NCBI GenBank assembly: GCA_951406725.2
Contig: OX597824.1
Location: forward strand, 66,898,001 to 66,962,000
Origin: Octopus vulgaris
Lineage: Eukaryota
Direction of reading: 5' to 3'
Length of the DNA: 64,000 nt
Part shown: in pieces, positions 63,227 to 64,000 of the stretch
Layout of the letters: each line of letters opens with the position of its first letter
Position numbering within the stretch: the stretch's first letter is position 1
The notes under the pieces: model-generated
What the model was told of the DNA's origin: nothing
The model's database searches: none
Seen by the model: only the letters and a program-made list of their open reading frames with translations
Position numbers and translations under genes: made by a program

Positions 63227-64000
63227 ATAAAACTTTTTTCTTTCGAAAATTGGTTTTGTTTATCTTTTTGTATTAGCACCAAAAAATTAAAAAAAAAAGT
63301 TAAATCATAATTATTGTATGTCTGTTATATTTCCTGTCATGCTGGCAAAAGTATACTTCCAAAGTTATATAATGAACTAAGAGAGATATCTGCTAGAATA
63401 TTATTATATGCAAAAAATTCTTAATTATTCATTCTAGAGAAAGAAAACAAAGACCTAGCGGTAGTTATTAGCCACTCTCTGAAAAGATGTGAAAACATGT
63501 ATATGTGTTTTTAGAACTGTCTGACACCACTGTCTCACTTTATCTCTATTTTCTGCTTCCATGTCTGGTTTTCTGCCTGTGCCTATCTTTATTTTCTTTC
63601 TCTGTCTTGTCTACTATTCTCCTCTATCTCTCTATGTATCTATCTGTCTGTCTCTCTTGTCATTTCTTCATTTGTCTTTTGTTCCTCCTTCTATCGCTAT
63701 GTCTATGGTTGTATGTCTTTCTCTGTTTATTTTTCATCTCTTCTCTCTGTCTTTAACATCCTGTCGTTTTCCTTGTCTCTCTACATCTGTCTCTAGCACT
63801 GACTTCCTTATCCGTTATGATGTCTATCTTTCTATCTCTCCCTCTCTCTCTCTTTCTTCTGGCTTTCTCCCACTTCTCTTCCTCTATTTCTCTACTTCAT
63901 TGTCCCTTTCTGTCTATTTCACTGTCCTTGGCTTTCTGTCTACTTCTCTGTTGCAGTCTCTCTCCTTTTCTACCCCAATTCCTCTGATCTCCCTCCTTTT

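Overview
AT-rich, repeat-dense eukaryotic (metazoan) DNA with no prokaryotic features. The mix of tRNA-derived SINE families, RTE-type tails ending in (GAT)n and abundant (CA)n/(TA)n/(GA)n microsatellites resembles octopus (coleoid cephalopod) intronic/intergenic sequence; this is an inference I cannot verify here. Nearly all listed ORFs are microsatellite or repeat read-through. Supported content: four or more SINE families with many nested, TSD-flanked insertions; a decayed L1/Tx1-like LINE (endonuclease plus partial RT, about 10.76-12.46 kb); a decayed mariner (35.2-36.4 kb); a CRE-like retrotransposon fragment with a 134-bp duplication (58.3-58.9 kb); RTE fragments; piggyBac-, hAT- and mariner-type MITEs; two non-autonomous Helitrons; and Penelope-like termini. 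There is a candidate small + strand gene of unknown function (exons 5217-5263 and 24918-25108, uncertain last exon) and a CpG-retaining, promoter-like zone at about 37-42.4 kb. The most interesting signals are several independent hammerhead-ribozyme-like motifs (a core-variant minimal type I, a permuted type II-like, a fold-back pair, and motifs in direct repeats) and a 1.6-kb near-perfect palindrome that is probably an assembly artefact. I found no convincing novel protein-coding system. Repeat boundaries were read by eye and are approximate.
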